Notes under the pieces: model-generated
Told to the model about the DNA's origin: nothing
Databases searched by the model: none
What the model saw: the letters and a program-made list of their open reading frames with translations, nothing else
From: Takakia lepidozioides
Taxonomy: Eukaryota; Plantae; Bryophyta
Reading direction: 5' to 3'
DNA: 64,000 nt
Assembly (NCBI GenBank): GCA_030704615.1
Contig: CM060732.1
Span: forward strand, 39,742,001 to 39,806,000
Shown here: in pieces, positions 24,214-37,477 of the stretch
How positions within the stretch are numbered: the first letter of the stretch is position 1
Layout: each line of letters starts with the position of its first letter
Made by a program: the position numbers and the translations under genes

Positions 24214-26999
24214 CTCCCTCCTACGAAAGACTAGGAGCTATGGTGTCAAAAGAGCCAATCCAACAACGGGTGATTGTCTGTAACCAGCATGTCCTGACCC
24301 AAGGCCTATCGCCACATCGCAATCGAACAGCATAATTCCCGCTTCCAATACTCATCTCCCCTCCTCTAAATCTTGTTTTCACACACGTACTCTCTATTGG
24401 AATCGATTGGCCGATTAAGATTGAGTGTGTGCCGAACGTCGAGCATTGTAGCTTCAAAATGGACCGAGGTCATCGTGCAGGAAAGTGTCCTGCACCTTCT
24501 CTGTCGTCGGTCTTTGCATCATTATGTGTCTGTGTAATTATCTTCTTAAAGCAGAGATTAAAAGAATACCTCTCTCTCTCTCTTCTTATCTTTTATCTCT
24601 TCCTTCAATTATATTTCGGCCCCTGGTAGCTTTGAATGAACAAGAATCGAGAGGCGACATCACGAAATTCATTCCGTTTTCATTTTGACTCCCAACCAAG
24701 CAACAATCCGTGACTCAACAGTCTGAGATCCACGTGACTCTAGATCTCTATCTCTATCATCTACTTGTTTCCATACTTATTTGCGCCCTGAAACTGGAAT
24801 GACTGGGCTATCTTTCACGGTTCTCTTTCATTCTCTCTCTCTCCCTCCCCCACAAAGAAGCCCCATCAAACGGAACAGAGATCTACTGAGTGCCGGAATG
24901 GGCTATTTCTTGCAATCAAAGAAAGTGTCGCCAGCCGTATCTTAGAATTCCCGTGTGCTAGCTACAATCTCGAGACGCTGGTTTCCACTCCTCCAACATG
25001 AGCAAACAGAGAAGCTTGAATCCACTAAAAGAGAGGAGTGGATCTTCTTACAAACGACAAAGTCAAGAAAGATATCTCAGAGAAGCTCTGATTGCAACAA
25101 CCTGGTCGCACTCTTCTCCCCAGAAACCAATAAATTACTCCGCAAAGCCTGCAGACAACAAGACAATCAGGCGAGGGGTGCGTCATCTTCCACGCACAGC
25201 AATGCGAGGGAAGTAGGAAGAATGTGATGGTGGCCGAGCTGATCAGGTGGCATTGGCGCTATGCCACGTGCCCGGTCGGCCCTGTCAGCGTCACACAGCG
25301 GCGCTGTCAAGGCTGCACACAAGTTCAGTAAAACAAGGCCGCTTCAGAGGAGGAGTCTCGGAAGGAGAGAGTGGGTCCAGACTCCAGCGGCTCCCTGATG
25401 GTATTGATGGGTGTAAAACATGATCAACTTTGAATGCAAAGTTCCAAGAATTCTCAGAAGGGAGGGACCCCATGGAAGCTACAAGTTGCATGGTAGATGA
25501 GTCGCTGGGGTTCATTCTGGTGTGTTGAGTGCATGAAATATTGTTGGAATGATTGGGAAGAGAACTTAGTAACGGGAATGATGGTTGCGTTCACGTTCAG
25601 TACAGTTGCCTTCCACAGATAGATACTAGATACCTGTTGGATGGAGTGGAAGAGATGAGGGGTGTAAGAAGTGTTGTATAACAAAGTACCTGAGACTAAT
25701 GAGGAAGTTGTTGCACCGTTCCTTGACAAATCTACATGAACTAGCAAGCGCTAGATTTATGCTCTTTACAGACTATGTTTATAGCTCATTTAATAAGTCG
25801 GCAGAAGCAGCACCCACTTTTCAATCAGTGGTAGATGATGATGATGCGGAAGCTTGCAGTACAAGTTCAGCAACAAACTTTCAAAGGAAGGCAGACAAAG
25901 CAATGATCATTCCTGGTATCATCATACAGTGTTTCTTCATTCTTGTATATGTGGCAAGGCTTCAAATCGATGAGCTTTTTGCTTAGAAACTTGAGTGGAT
26001 GGATAGAACTGGAAACGTCTGGCACCCTATTTTCAGGATCTAGCATGCGGTGATAGTTTTGACTTGGAGGGCTGGGCAGGGAGCTCGCCACAAGTGGGCC
26101 CCAAGCTGTCTGAGCAGCGGGGCGGCCTCATAACTACAAGGCCACGTAAAATTCAGAGGGCTGCCTGGGCAACCTCATCTGGCCAGGAACTTTGAGGGCC
26201 AGGAATAGTTGATGGGGATAAGCTTATTACACCTGTCTGTCTTTGTTCATGAGAGTGCCTATTCCGGGTCAATGGGGATGGGCCTCAATCTTGTGGACAA
26301 TGGGGAGGTGCGTGCTCAAGAAGATGTGGCCACTGGCCATGTAGGACTGGTCAGGCCTACCTATTCAATGCAGGTTGGTGAGCCCATGTATAAGTCGTGT
26401 TAGAGCTTCGTGTTTATCACTCTTTCCTTTGGAGAACAGGGGACAGTGGCCCTGGAAACTGAATTAATCAAGAAACGGGGAAGAAAGAAGCTCGTACAGG
26501 GCCGTGCAGGCGCATACAGAAGGGCTACCACCCCGTAACAAGGAATAGTTGCACCTAAAAGCAGAACGAGAAGAAGGAGCGGGAACCAGGAACGAGGAGA
26601 GAAAAGGCGAGATGAGAGAAACAGAGACGAGAGAGAACGGGCGCCAAATTCACAAGAGGCCTAGCTCCTAAGAGACCCATAATCTAACCGAGTTTTAAAT
26701 TTCGTTGCGAGACTTCCGATGGCGCCAATTCTCCTCCATCTCCTTGCCCTCAGGTGGCGGACTCCCAAATTTCGGGGAGCTTTTGATGCAGTCGAGTCGG
26801 GAAGTATGGAGCATCGAAGTCCGCAAGAAGCTCCTGCCTCCTCTTCTCCGAGCACTGGGGTTGGAGCCCCCAAAAACATAAGAGCATCTGCACTTCCAGA
26901 CATGCCACAAAGAGTGTCCTAAGCCAAGCCCTAACTGGGCATCCAGATAAGGTACCCCTTATGAAGATTAAGGAGCGCGAGTAAAGTGGAGGGACTGAT

Positions 27000-29700
27000 C
27001 ACAGCTTTCCAAGGCGAGTAGAAGTTGAATACTAGTATCAAGGCCCATGTACCAGCTAAAATGGCATGTACATTTTAGGTAGCTGGTGCTTGGATCAATA
27101 GGATGGATCTCCGTGTAAGTACCTAGTAGGACTGGTGAGTTGTGCGATGCATAGATTAACATGATCTGGGATGGATACGCACAACTTGAGAAAACACTGT
27201 GCAAACTTGTGATGAACACTCATCATTCTTGAGCTGGTAGGCTGCTCAAGGTCGAGGCGATATAGCGATTCTGAATCTTAGGTTCTACAGATCGTATAGT
27301 GTAAAGGTGGCAGAGCAAACATCCACATGCTCTCATTCTGAAAGTTGATCCAGCTTTAAATTGCAAAGTCTCATGCAAGGTGCATACATAGAGGCACAAG
27401 AGTGCGTCCATATAAGCATAGATGCTTGCATGGGAAGTATTTTCAGTTGCAGAGGAGAGCAATAAAGTCCAGGCAGTTACAAGTAGCTTGGCGAACCATT
27501 TTTGGGACAGCTAGCATGCATGAAAATGATGAAGATACTCCATGCCATCAAGCAAGATTGGTTTCTATCTGCAAGGGAAGTATGGCAAACACATTACAAC
27601 TGTGTTTGCAGCCAGTTAGCAGCATTCTCTCCCTATCTCGCTTTTAAGGATAGGATTGCTAGAGAGTCAGTTAAAGAGAAGACAATTTGAGTAGAAGACA
27701 CTGAGAGGGTGATCTTTAGATGTCCCAGTTTATGGCGTCCCAGTTTATGGCTCCAGGGACCCAAGTGCTTTGGTTGGCATGAAATTCATGTGAAACATAT
27801 TGAACCCTGGGGAACAATGAAAACTTGAAGGCCATTCAGTAAAGGCCACTGCTGGTTGGAAACAAGTACTATTGAGTCATGTTGAAGTTGGGCCTTTCTT
27901 TGTTTCTCTGTCTTCCAGTCTCACAAACAAGCAAACCTAGAGACAAACAGTCAGCATTTCTATTTTGCAGCTAGGATGGCCTGAACAGGTGTGTAACCAG
28001 TGCTTTCATTACTAGTTCTTAACAGAATTTTTCTTAGGGCCAGTGACTCAGAAGAGGTCTGGCAGGCAGACAAGTTGGAGTGACACATTAGTAACATTGG
28101 CTTGAACAAACCAGAGGGTGATCGAGGAGAAGAGAGAAGAGAGGACAGACAATGGGGCTGTAGAAGTTTACCAATTGGCAACTTTATAAGATGTCTCCAT
28201 GATACTTTTCTGGGGTGGGAGTTCCTGAGGATGGGTATTTAGCTTGCAGTGCTTTGCAGCTGAGACTTGCAGTTGATATCCCTTTGGGAGGTAGATACTT
28301 TCCAGGATATTTCGGTGTCTCAGACACCACCTGATTTGTGTAACTCTTGGGTTTCGGCAAAACCTGATTCTTGGAGCACAGATTAAGAGAGGGAGACAAC
28401 AAACCACATGCACTCATAGAAATAAAGGAAGGCAACAATGGGGAAAACAGACAAGCAGGGTTTCACTGTGAACTGATGCAATAGTATATCTAGAAGCCTT
28501 CTGCACTGGGTTCAAATCTTGCGAAGAAAGATGCTAGGTATCAGAGGCCAACCTAATGGCCCCTGAAGGGCAAGGCTGCATTAGACTAGGGCATCTCTCA
28601 CTAGAAGGGAAGACAATTATCTTCTAATACTGGAACTTCGTCCAGGGGAACAGCTACTCTTCTTTTATACCAAAGCTGAACCTAGCCAGGAAAGAGGTGA
28701 TACCAAAGCACTTAACACTTGGTTCAATGCCAGCTCTTCCAACAGTGTCCATCCCCTGCAATAAGATTCTTAGTTCCACAATAGAGGTTCTTCCCAACAC
28801 AAACCAGACTTAAGTAATCATGCTTCATGTGGTCCTCATGGTTTTCTCAAGGATTGTTTTAGACATCGACTGCTTCCAATTCAAATAATGTTTTCCCAGA
28901 CAGAATGTACAAAGGTAGGTCATCAAAGAGGGTAGAGCGCTGATTCCATGTTTAGGTGTGCATGATAGAATGTACTCGTAAGACATTTGTGTGCAATAAG
29001 CCTTGGGGCCATAGACACCACGCCCTGTTTGGGCAGAACAAGAGGAACAGACACTACTTTGTGAAGAGCTCACTCCAGTAGAGGGACTATAAACTCCAGA
29101 TTTCCTCTTGAAATCCCTTCACACAAGTATCAATCTGCTGTGTGTGAGCTGCCCAGCAATTAGACCCAATCAGGGCCAGGGCTTAGGCCCAGCCTATGTT
29201 CTTTGACATCCTGGAGAGGGTCACTGCATGCAATTCAACTGAACCCACTATCTGACATGAACTCATCACATTGAGCTCACTGCAGATGAATACATTAATG
29301 TAGGCCTAATAATGCTGCAAAGCATGCTCCTTTTGACTTCAGTATTAATCCCTTTGCACTAGGAGTGACACCCAAAGCTTCAAGTTTAGCTGTTCGTGTA
29401 TGAAAGAGAAGGGCAACAGTTCTCACCCAAAAACAGTTAAGCCATTCAGTACTCCTTTAAAGAGTTTCTTTGAATAAGTGGTGGCCATTTTTGAGAGGCC
29501 TTCAATTTTACATCCCTGCCTTAGTTTCTACAACCTACAGAACCTTGGATTGATCTGTGGAAAAAATGATGTTCCCTCTCTTGATAAGCACCCTTTCCCT
29601 GGGCTGACTATGTACAAGTCAATCAGCCACAGATAGAATAATCTTTGAATTTCTACAATGTAGTTCCTCTAAAGTCTGGAAATCACTCTACTCCTTACCT
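27000..29700 (-). mobile_element. Highly degenerate L1-type LINE ORF2 remnant
   Basis: Ordered weak remnants on minus: FVLGRTSI (cf. GFVPGRSI), (A)DDTS-like, GKYL, SLALRKILL (cf. LSLAGRILL) and CLLC (zf-RVT-like). Many stops. Confidence 0.45.
28966..29205 (-). mobile_element. 5'-truncated copy of the RTEX-like LINE family, nested in the L1 remnant
   Basis: Shares AATGTACTC.TAAGAC, CGCCC.GTTTGGGCAGAACA and ATCAATCTGCTGTGTGTGA with the copies at 42675 and 46842. Confidence 0.75.
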
Positions 29701-30337
29701 TACAACATAGTGAACCGCTACTTTACATTGCTGGGATGACACTAGGGCGAGAACTGGTCAGGTGACGACAACATACCCACCAGTTGCATTCAGGACGCTG
29801 CCCATTGCTTGAATATCTTTGCGTCTGGAGAGTAGGGTGGAGGGGGAGCTCCTGGCTGTGGCAGTGATGGCTTCAACCAACATTCTTTCTCTGTCAAAAT
29901 TTCCCCTTATTCACTCCACTGCAATTCAGCTACTATAGTTGGTCTGCTACCTTGAACTGTCCTTGATAATTCCAGAGAAGTACCATAATCCCTACAATCG
30001 ATGCACTTGTCACTTGTAGCTCCTCCCATTACTTCTCCAATCGACTCCTTCACCAGAACTGAGATGCTGGACAGGTAATACAAGACCAGCATCGTCGTGC
30101 AGGCAGCCTCGGGGAGATTCGGTTGAGAAGCTCATAACAGTCAAAGCTTCTTGACTTTTAGATATAGCCACAGAAACCTAGAATTACGAACTTCACAGCG
30201 CTGAGCCTTGCATCCTGGTGCCATCCTCAACCCTGGAAAAATCGCACAGCAAACCTTGCACGATCGGACGCCAATGCAGGAGATCAAATGAGCAGGTGAT
30301 AACTCGGTGCAGCGCGCTGGACATCAAGAATGACTTG

Positions 30338-31561
30338 TTAGAGTTGGGTAGAAGGCGATCCCTGTTCAGCATCTCCCGAAGGAAGCTCACCAAACGACGT
30401 TGACGGCCCCACGCTCTTTCCTCTACTTAATAACCGTCCGAAACTCTTCAGACGATCCAGTGGGGACTTGGGAGTGGAAAAGGCAGAGCTCCCCTCACTT
30501 GTACCACGCACGTCTGAAGCCCGGGGTATCTCAATGGCAACTGAATACGGGGCCCGAAATGACCTCGGCCCTGCTTCCTGCCCTTGAGGGGAGCTCGATT
30601 GAGCATTTATCTGTGACTGATTCCCCCAAAAGAGCACATTTGCTGGGTATTGCACGCTGGCATTCTGAAAAACCTTGGGACTGTTGATGGCAGATTTTTG
30701 AGGAACCCGCTCAGTCGTTGAAGCCTCATCTGGCTCCAGCTGCCCTCCACCTGATGCTAACTGGCTTGCGGTTGCCCCTGACACCGCCTCTGGTTCTGCC
30801 AAACCCTCTGATGCTGCAGAGCTTTGACCTGCAGCGGGTGCCGCACATTGATCACCTGGTGTGCCATTTACTAAGCTACTCAGATGCAGAGAGACCAGAC
30901 TAAGACTTCTTCCGCTTCTTGACGACCTGCGAAAACTTGGGGCAGAAGCTTGGTAGTGGAATACTCCTGCTTCTACCGCCTGTTCCAACACAGGCTTTTC
31001 CGGATCTGTCTCAGGCCGGGCACTCGTCCTGCACAGAGGGCATGTAGAGTGAGAATGAAACCACATGTCGATGCAGTCGATGTGGAAGCTGTGGTTGCAC
31101 TTGGGCAGCGTGCGCCCTGTTTCTTTCTCCTCAAAATCCTCCAAGCAGACCGCACACTCGAGACCATCCTTCATAGATTCAAAAGTGTAGACAAAGGTAG
31201 GAAGTGACTCCACAATAGACCTATCCAGGCCGAAATGTTCCAATACATACAGGGTCTCAGCTGGATTCTGCTCCATGAAGTCAAGCTGCGCCCGTCGCCG
31301 TCTCCTCCAGGACATAGGGCTGGGCACGCCAGGATGCATGGATCCGGCAGTTCGCCAAAACCATTTGGCATAGATGTGAAGAAAGAGAATAAAGATAACT
31401 ACAGCGAAAAGCACTGCAACAGCAACAACCATGATCTTGCTGTTCACTGCATAGGCGGATGTGGGTGAGGAGGGAGTCGGAAGTGCTGAGAGAGGAGACT
31501 TTCCATTGTCAGATCCCATGATTGAGGGCCTATCGATTCGGCCCTTAACTATATGAATCAC
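30338..31561 (-). CDS. ATL-family RING-H2 E3 ubiquitin ligase, single exon (start may be the Met at 31519)
   Basis: Hydrophobic helix, basic stretch, GLD motif (GLDRSIVESLP), RING-H2 CAVC-x15-CNHSFHIDC-x10-CPLC, Ser-rich tail. Confidence 0.93.
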   Translation of the reverse strand: MIHIVKGRIDRPSIMGSDNGKSPLSALPTPSSPTSAYAVNSKIMVVAVAVLFAVVIFILFLHIYAKWFWRTAGSMHPGVPSPMSWRRRRRAQLDFMEQNPAETLYVLEHFGLDRSIVESLPTFVYTFESMKDGLECAVCLEDFEEKETGRTLPKCNHSFHIDCIDMWFHSHSTCPLCRTSARPETDPEKPVLEQAVEAGVFHYQASAPSFRRSSRSGRSLSLVSLHLSSLVNGTPGDQCAAPAAGQSSAASEGLAEPEAVSGATASQLASGGGQLEPDEASTTERVPQKSAINSPKVFQNASVQYPANVLFWGNQSQINAQSSSPQGQEAGPRSFRAPYSVAIEIPRASDVRGTSEGSSAFSTPKSPLDRLKSFGRLLSRGKSVGPSTSFGELPSGDAEQGSPSTQL

Positions 31562-34157
31562 CTGTTCTCGAGAATTGATCTTTGCCTCGTGGGCTGCGAT
31601 AGAATAAAAAACAGAAAGTTTGCTCCGCTCTATGATCCCACTATGCTTCTGTCGAGTTCACCTAGCCAATCCAATGGTATGTTATCTCCACACTGGTCAG
31701 CACGCGATCAAAGGATGCATGCTCCGCAATGGCTTCATAACTCGATTCCGGAAGACAAAACTGAATCTCGAATAAAAATCCAGAAGAGCCCAATTCCTGC
31801 GAGAAACCTTGTAGAAAGTATCAGCTGCTCCTGGTAAGCTTGACAAACAATTTCCGGATTTGCATATATATATATCTCTCTCCCCCAACAAACTTCCCTT
31901 CCCCCTCCCTTCTCCCCTTCAGCAAGAACAATAGCGTAGATTCACGCAGACTCTCCTGAACTCTCACTTATTGTTGGCCTTAAGACAGTCGACCACCAAG
32001 AACATAGTCGGGTGCTACCGCTACAAACTATTGTCCCTGCTCTAGTTTTAAAGTCTAGAAGGATGCCGGGTGTAGGCTGGATTTGGATGAGAGAGAAGGA
32101 GGGATGCCGCCCTCTTGGAAGGGGCCGAGAAGGTCAAGATCTTAGAGCCGGAAGTTGCGACTCATGCATGGAAGGACTGGTCCTGACTCCCTCAAGCGGG
32201 TCAGTGCAGACCGAACGATCTTACGTCTCTCTCTCCCAAGCTGCTCGCTTTCTCCCATCCTCCATGTGTAACGCTACCTATAGACCCGACTAAGACTCTC
32301 CTTCCCTGATCATTCCGCTCCCCGCGCACGCTTCTTCCGAAGTCTGGGGTCTGACCAAAGATCGGTGTGCAAAGGCCTCAGCAGCCGACGAGGGACGAAA
32401 TGGAGGCGAGGACTATAAAGTCAACACGCAACTGCGGATTTGGCCCCGACTGCCTCCTTCTCTCCCTCTTTCTCTCCTACCTACACCGAACCCAAGGTAC
32501 TATTTTTTTTTGCACGCATCACAGCCCGCCTCGCCATGCAGAGATGTGATTGCCTTTACCACCTCCTGTGCGGTGAGTAATGAGCCCACCAAGTACTTCA
32601 CTTACTTACATCTTCTGCTTACTTTCCGTGTGTTTCTCATTACTCTGTTGCTCAATGTCTTTACTCGTAGCTTATTGTGTCATGCCATTACCTTCTCAAC
32701 ATGAAAGCTTTTTCTTTTCAATTGTTTTATAAGGAAACCTGGGTGCGCCAGCTCGCAATTCAGGCCCTTGACAGAGGAGAGGGGGAAAATTAAGCCCAGC
32801 CATGAGACACCATAGCAGACAGGTTGCAGGATTTGAGCCACAAACCACTGGTGTGACACAAAGTGCACTATACAAGTGAGAGCTACCGACTGCCGGTAGG
32901 AATGTTTGCTTGTTTGCTTTATCGATCAACCCCACTGATCCGCAATTGGCTTTTGCAAGGGAAATCTCTTGTCTCAAATGTGACAGATGGCGCAAGTGTT
33001 TGTAATGGCTAAGTTAGTCAGTGTCTGGCAACTAGTCCACAATGAATCCCAGTGACTTTGCTGGTCAACTGCTAGCGTATAAAGAACTGAGTGGCATGTG
33101 TCTGAAAGATTCCGCTAGGATCCATCCGGATTCATTGCATATTTAGGTAGAGGCATAAAGCCCACGTTAGCGGAGGCTCTGGAGGCAGTCTACCAAAGCT
33201 ACATACTTGAATACTGGCTGCCCAATTGTCGGGCAAGTTGGTGGGGTGTATTATATTCCTTTTGCAAGTTTGCTTTGTACCACCGTCAAATGAGTCGGAT
33301 ACAGTTTTACTAGTCTTGTAGATCTTCGTTTTCAATTGTGTTTGTTGTTTGATCACCATTGATTTCGATAATCAACTGCAGAAGTAAATGGCCCCTTTGT
33401 CCGCGGGGATATTGAAAGGAGAGGGAATGGGCGAGCTGTAATCGTGAAGAGCTGCGGAGGGGGGTAATAAAGCGCCCCCCCCCTTCTTCGGGAAACACTT
33501 CCGAATCCGAATCTTTAGGTTCTAGACAGCAAATTGATGGAAGATTGCAGGGATTATGGGCCCATTAGAAGTTGGGGCTGCAGCAGAGTGATGCAGAGGG
33601 AGTGGCAGGCAGGGCCCTGGATCGCTGGATGGAAGGAAGATGCAGCGGCGGGCTGACGCCATTCTAGTCAGAGATCAGCGCAGATCACGTGGAATTAGGT
33701 GTAATAACCGTTCGCACGCTGCTGCCAGGTCCCTCATACTCTCGATTTTGGAGAACGCAGCACATACTCTCCAAATAGCCGGCGCATTAGAGCTATTCCT
33801 TCGCTGCCCTCTCCCGGCTCCCCATTATGTAACTTCTGTACCGCCAGCGCCCTGCCACACCGAGTCTACCAGTCTACCACTGTCATTCTTTCTTTTTCCT
33901 CTTTACTCGGAAGTAAGATGCACCTGACTGCCAAGTCACTGTGCCACATCTGTCCCAACCCACTTCAAATTCCATGTATATGAATGCGAAGTCTGCGCCT
34001 TTGCCACCCAGTGACTCTTCAGGAATTGTCGTGCCATCCCTAGAGTGGGTTATGAGAATTCATGTGGAGTCCCAAGCAGTCCGATGGGCAGTGGCATCAT
34101 CACCCCTTCATATAACACTCTTTTCATATCTTATTTACATGAATCTATCATCTATGG

Positions 34158-34275
34158 ATGTGAATATGAAGCCTACCACTGCCCAACAGCACACAAATCT
34201 GAAGCACACAATGTGAATATGAAGCCTACCAACTCTTTCTCTTTCTCTACCTCTACCAACATGAATCTGAAGCAG
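34158..34275. repeat. Short tandem duplication (~53-bp unit)
   Basis: ATGTGAATATGAAGCCTACCA and AATCTGAAGCA each occur twice. Confidence 0.7.
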
Positions 34276-36496
34276 GGAAAGGTACACACCGCACACCCAC
34301 TGAGAGTGACATCATCTGCTCATATTCTAAGTAACACTGGTGACTGAATAGGCCATGATCTCTGCCACCATCTGCATCCAGAGAACACCCCAAAAAGGGC
34401 GGCAGTACCTGCAAGCCTCTTAACTTATTTAAGCCCACATCTCATTAATCTCTCTGCTCTATAAGCAGCATTCTCTTGCATTTGCATTCAGAGTCACAGA
34501 GTTTGGTGAAGGTTTTACTGAATTGGGCTATGACCACTAACTTACTACCTACCCGTGCATTGGCCTTTCATTAGGTTTACAACATCCATCCAACATTCTT
34601 TTGCATTGTCGCAAAATTGTTGCCAACAGTGCTTAATCACACTAAGTTAAGTTCCAATGACAAACCGCACATCAATCTGAGTCGCAGTGTGTGCGGAATT
34701 GGGCAAAAAAACACAACATGGACGATTTGGAAGATGGAGCACCACAGCAAGTAGTCAACAGGCCTAGTCAAGGCACAGGCGGTAGGTGGGACATGTCCCA
34801 CGACTTTAGATGCCCTCCCCCACCATTTGGGCCCCTTTCCCTGTGACCTCATCCGTGGATGACGTTGTTCAGAGATTGCGTCACCCTTTACCCTTTGTTG
34901 TGCAACCAACAAAGCATCCCTCACTTATTTGTGTCTATTGCACGGAATGATGATTAGCTGTGGACTTGTCTTGGAGTCCAAGAGTTCACAATTGGGGTAA
35001 GTAGTTACAAACTACCAACCCCCTCGGGCATGTGCAATTGGGGTGGTTACAAACGACCAACTGCAAACCCCCTCTGCCCACAAGCGGTTGAGCAACTGCT
35101 CGCATTGTAAAGAAGTTTTTGGCTTGAGGGGTGACATGGAAAGGTGCTCTTACCCCACCAGGCTGTCCCTGGGACCGGACGTTGTCCAATTTCTTTTTCA
35201 AAACATTCATACAAGAGAATGAAGCACTTTTGTGCGGTCATTTGATTTTCTTTATATCAGCCAGTTACAGATGTTTAACTTTCACTTTGTGTTCCATCCT
35301 CCGGTTCCGGGGCTTTGGAGCTTTCCTGTTTCTGATATCCTGCTGGTTGGCAACAAATACAAAATTTAACCCTATGTGGTTAGGGCCAAATGAGTTTATG
35401 TCAGGATTGCCTCTGCTGTTCAGTATCCGGTTATCAAATTGGCGCCTTTTCATAAATCCAACGCCGCCCTAATGAAATGAAATGAAGACAGGGCCAGCTC
35501 ATGACTCTATGACCGGCCTCGTTTATGTCGAGTGAACACAATAACCGGCTAGAATGCGGATTATAACCTCCGATGTTAATGCCGGATGTATGGGTTCATA
35601 ACCTGCTTCTTTTGGACCACTAGTTCCGGTTCAAATCAAATTAAAAAAATACAAAACCACCGGTTCTCAACCGGATCTGGTTATCCCATCTCTTCGTATC
35701 CGGCAGTTCTTAGCGGAGGCAGATATTTGATTTTTTGACCTCTGGCTGATTCACATATATATATCTGGGATCCGCGGGGGGGGGGGGGGGGGGGGGTGGA
35801 ATGGAGCATGATAAAATAAGTGTCCCACTTTCTTTTTTTGTCAAAAATGTGACCGGCCTGGGCAGACAAGGGGGTCCCACAGATGTGAGGATAAAGGGCT
35901 TTTTTTTTTCAGTGTCCACAGGAGAGGGTCCAAATGACTTGTCACTATTCACCGTAGTTTCACACTTGTCATGCTCCCATACACAAGCTCCAAGTTCTGG
36001 GGAGGTCAGCCCCACATCCTCTCTCCATATGTCAACATTCAAGGGGGGCGTTCCCAACCGAGCCCGGTGGTTCCTCCACTCTACACATGTGCACATAGGC
36101 CACCAAGCAAACCCAAAAGTCTTACCCAATTCCCAGCCACCAGGATGAGATGGGGAATCCTATGATTGAGGGCCCAGTGGTGGCAGCTCACATGGTGATG
36201 CCATGTTCTTTACTTACCCCAATTTGGCGTCGGAACCATAGTCCATTTAATAGCTGTCACCTTGGTACCGTCTGTTTTAGACCCCCTTACAGAGGGGTTA
36301 TTTCTTCAAATCCTTGTGTAGCTTACTCTATATCCCTTTTTTTAATTCCTGGACCATCCTCTAACCAACAGGCCCATGCAAAATTGGGGGGTTATTGATA
36401 AATTATGCTCTTGATATGTGGACGATGATACAGTTGATTTTCTTTCTATTTTTTGAACATGCTTCAAGGGCCCATGGTAAAATCGTTGTTAGAGCA

Positions 36497-37477
36497 TTAA
36501 CCCCTAAAGGACGAGAGGTGTTTTTGGGTTTTTGGACAATTCTGGGACCACCCTCACACGTCAGCGGCTACCTGCCGATTAACGTCCATCCACATGGACG
36601 AACCGTACAATCTGCTTCCTACCTACCAGATGCACAAGCCCCTAAAATTTGCCATAGCCTAGTTTGGGAGATTATAACATTTGAAGATGGTGCATTTTTT
36701 GGAAAATAGAAAAAACAAAGCAAAAGTTCATGTTTGACCAAGCAAATTATCCATGATCCCAAATTTTCCTGGGAGAAAAAGTACTATATTCCTGTGAATC
36801 CCAAACCCTCACACCAAATTTCACCCCAATCTGCCAAAATGAAGGGGGGGTGCTTTGTATGTGACTGGAATGGGGGTCCAAAAACAGAATTTGCAAAGGA
36901 AATGGTATAGGCCCCATTGGGACCCCAAATTCTCCTTCATTTGGGAATTCCAACGGTCAGTCCCTCATACGCCAAGAACTACACAAGCCTGCCCAAGAAT
37001 TTCCCAAAAATTCCCTAAATTGCATTTGGGATGTGGGATTTTGTGAAATTTCAGGCCTCCTCCAGGTCAGGCAATCGGTGGGCCGGAATTTCGCCTGAAT
37101 CCGGCAATGCTTTCCTTGCCACGTCGAGGTTCCCTATTGTTTGCCAGGGCCAGCTCGTTCGAGCCGCCCCCTTGTTCCTGTTTTGGGGAGGGCCTCACAA
37201 GCAGCCGACTCCAACCCCTGCATCCCCCCCCCCCCAACAAAATCCCACCCGCGTGGCCGCTGCCACCTGCCACGTCGACGGTCAACCGCCGTGGCCCCCC
37301 TCTCCACCTAAAATCCTGCAATTTCCAAACTTCAAAAAAGATGGCTGAGTTTTTCTCAGTTCGGGGCGCCATAAAGACCTGCGCGTCACTCGTTCATCGG
37401 ACTTCATCCATGCATGCTATGGATGGATGAAAAATCGGGCCGACCCGATTCGGGTCGGCTCGTCGTTTAGGGGTTAA
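36497..37477. mobile_element. Complete non-autonomous TTAA-flanked MITE with piggyBac-like termini
   Basis: TTAA(36497-36500)-CCCCTAAAGGACGAG ... CTCGTCGTTTAGGGG-TTAA(37474-37477), a 14/15 TIR match. Subterminal palindrome GCCGACCCG-ATT-CGGGTCGGC. No ORF of note. Confidence 0.82.

Noticed and set aside
25290-26920. Short ORFs between the OFUT gene and the L1 remnant
   Set aside because: No recognisable domain or consistent exon structure.
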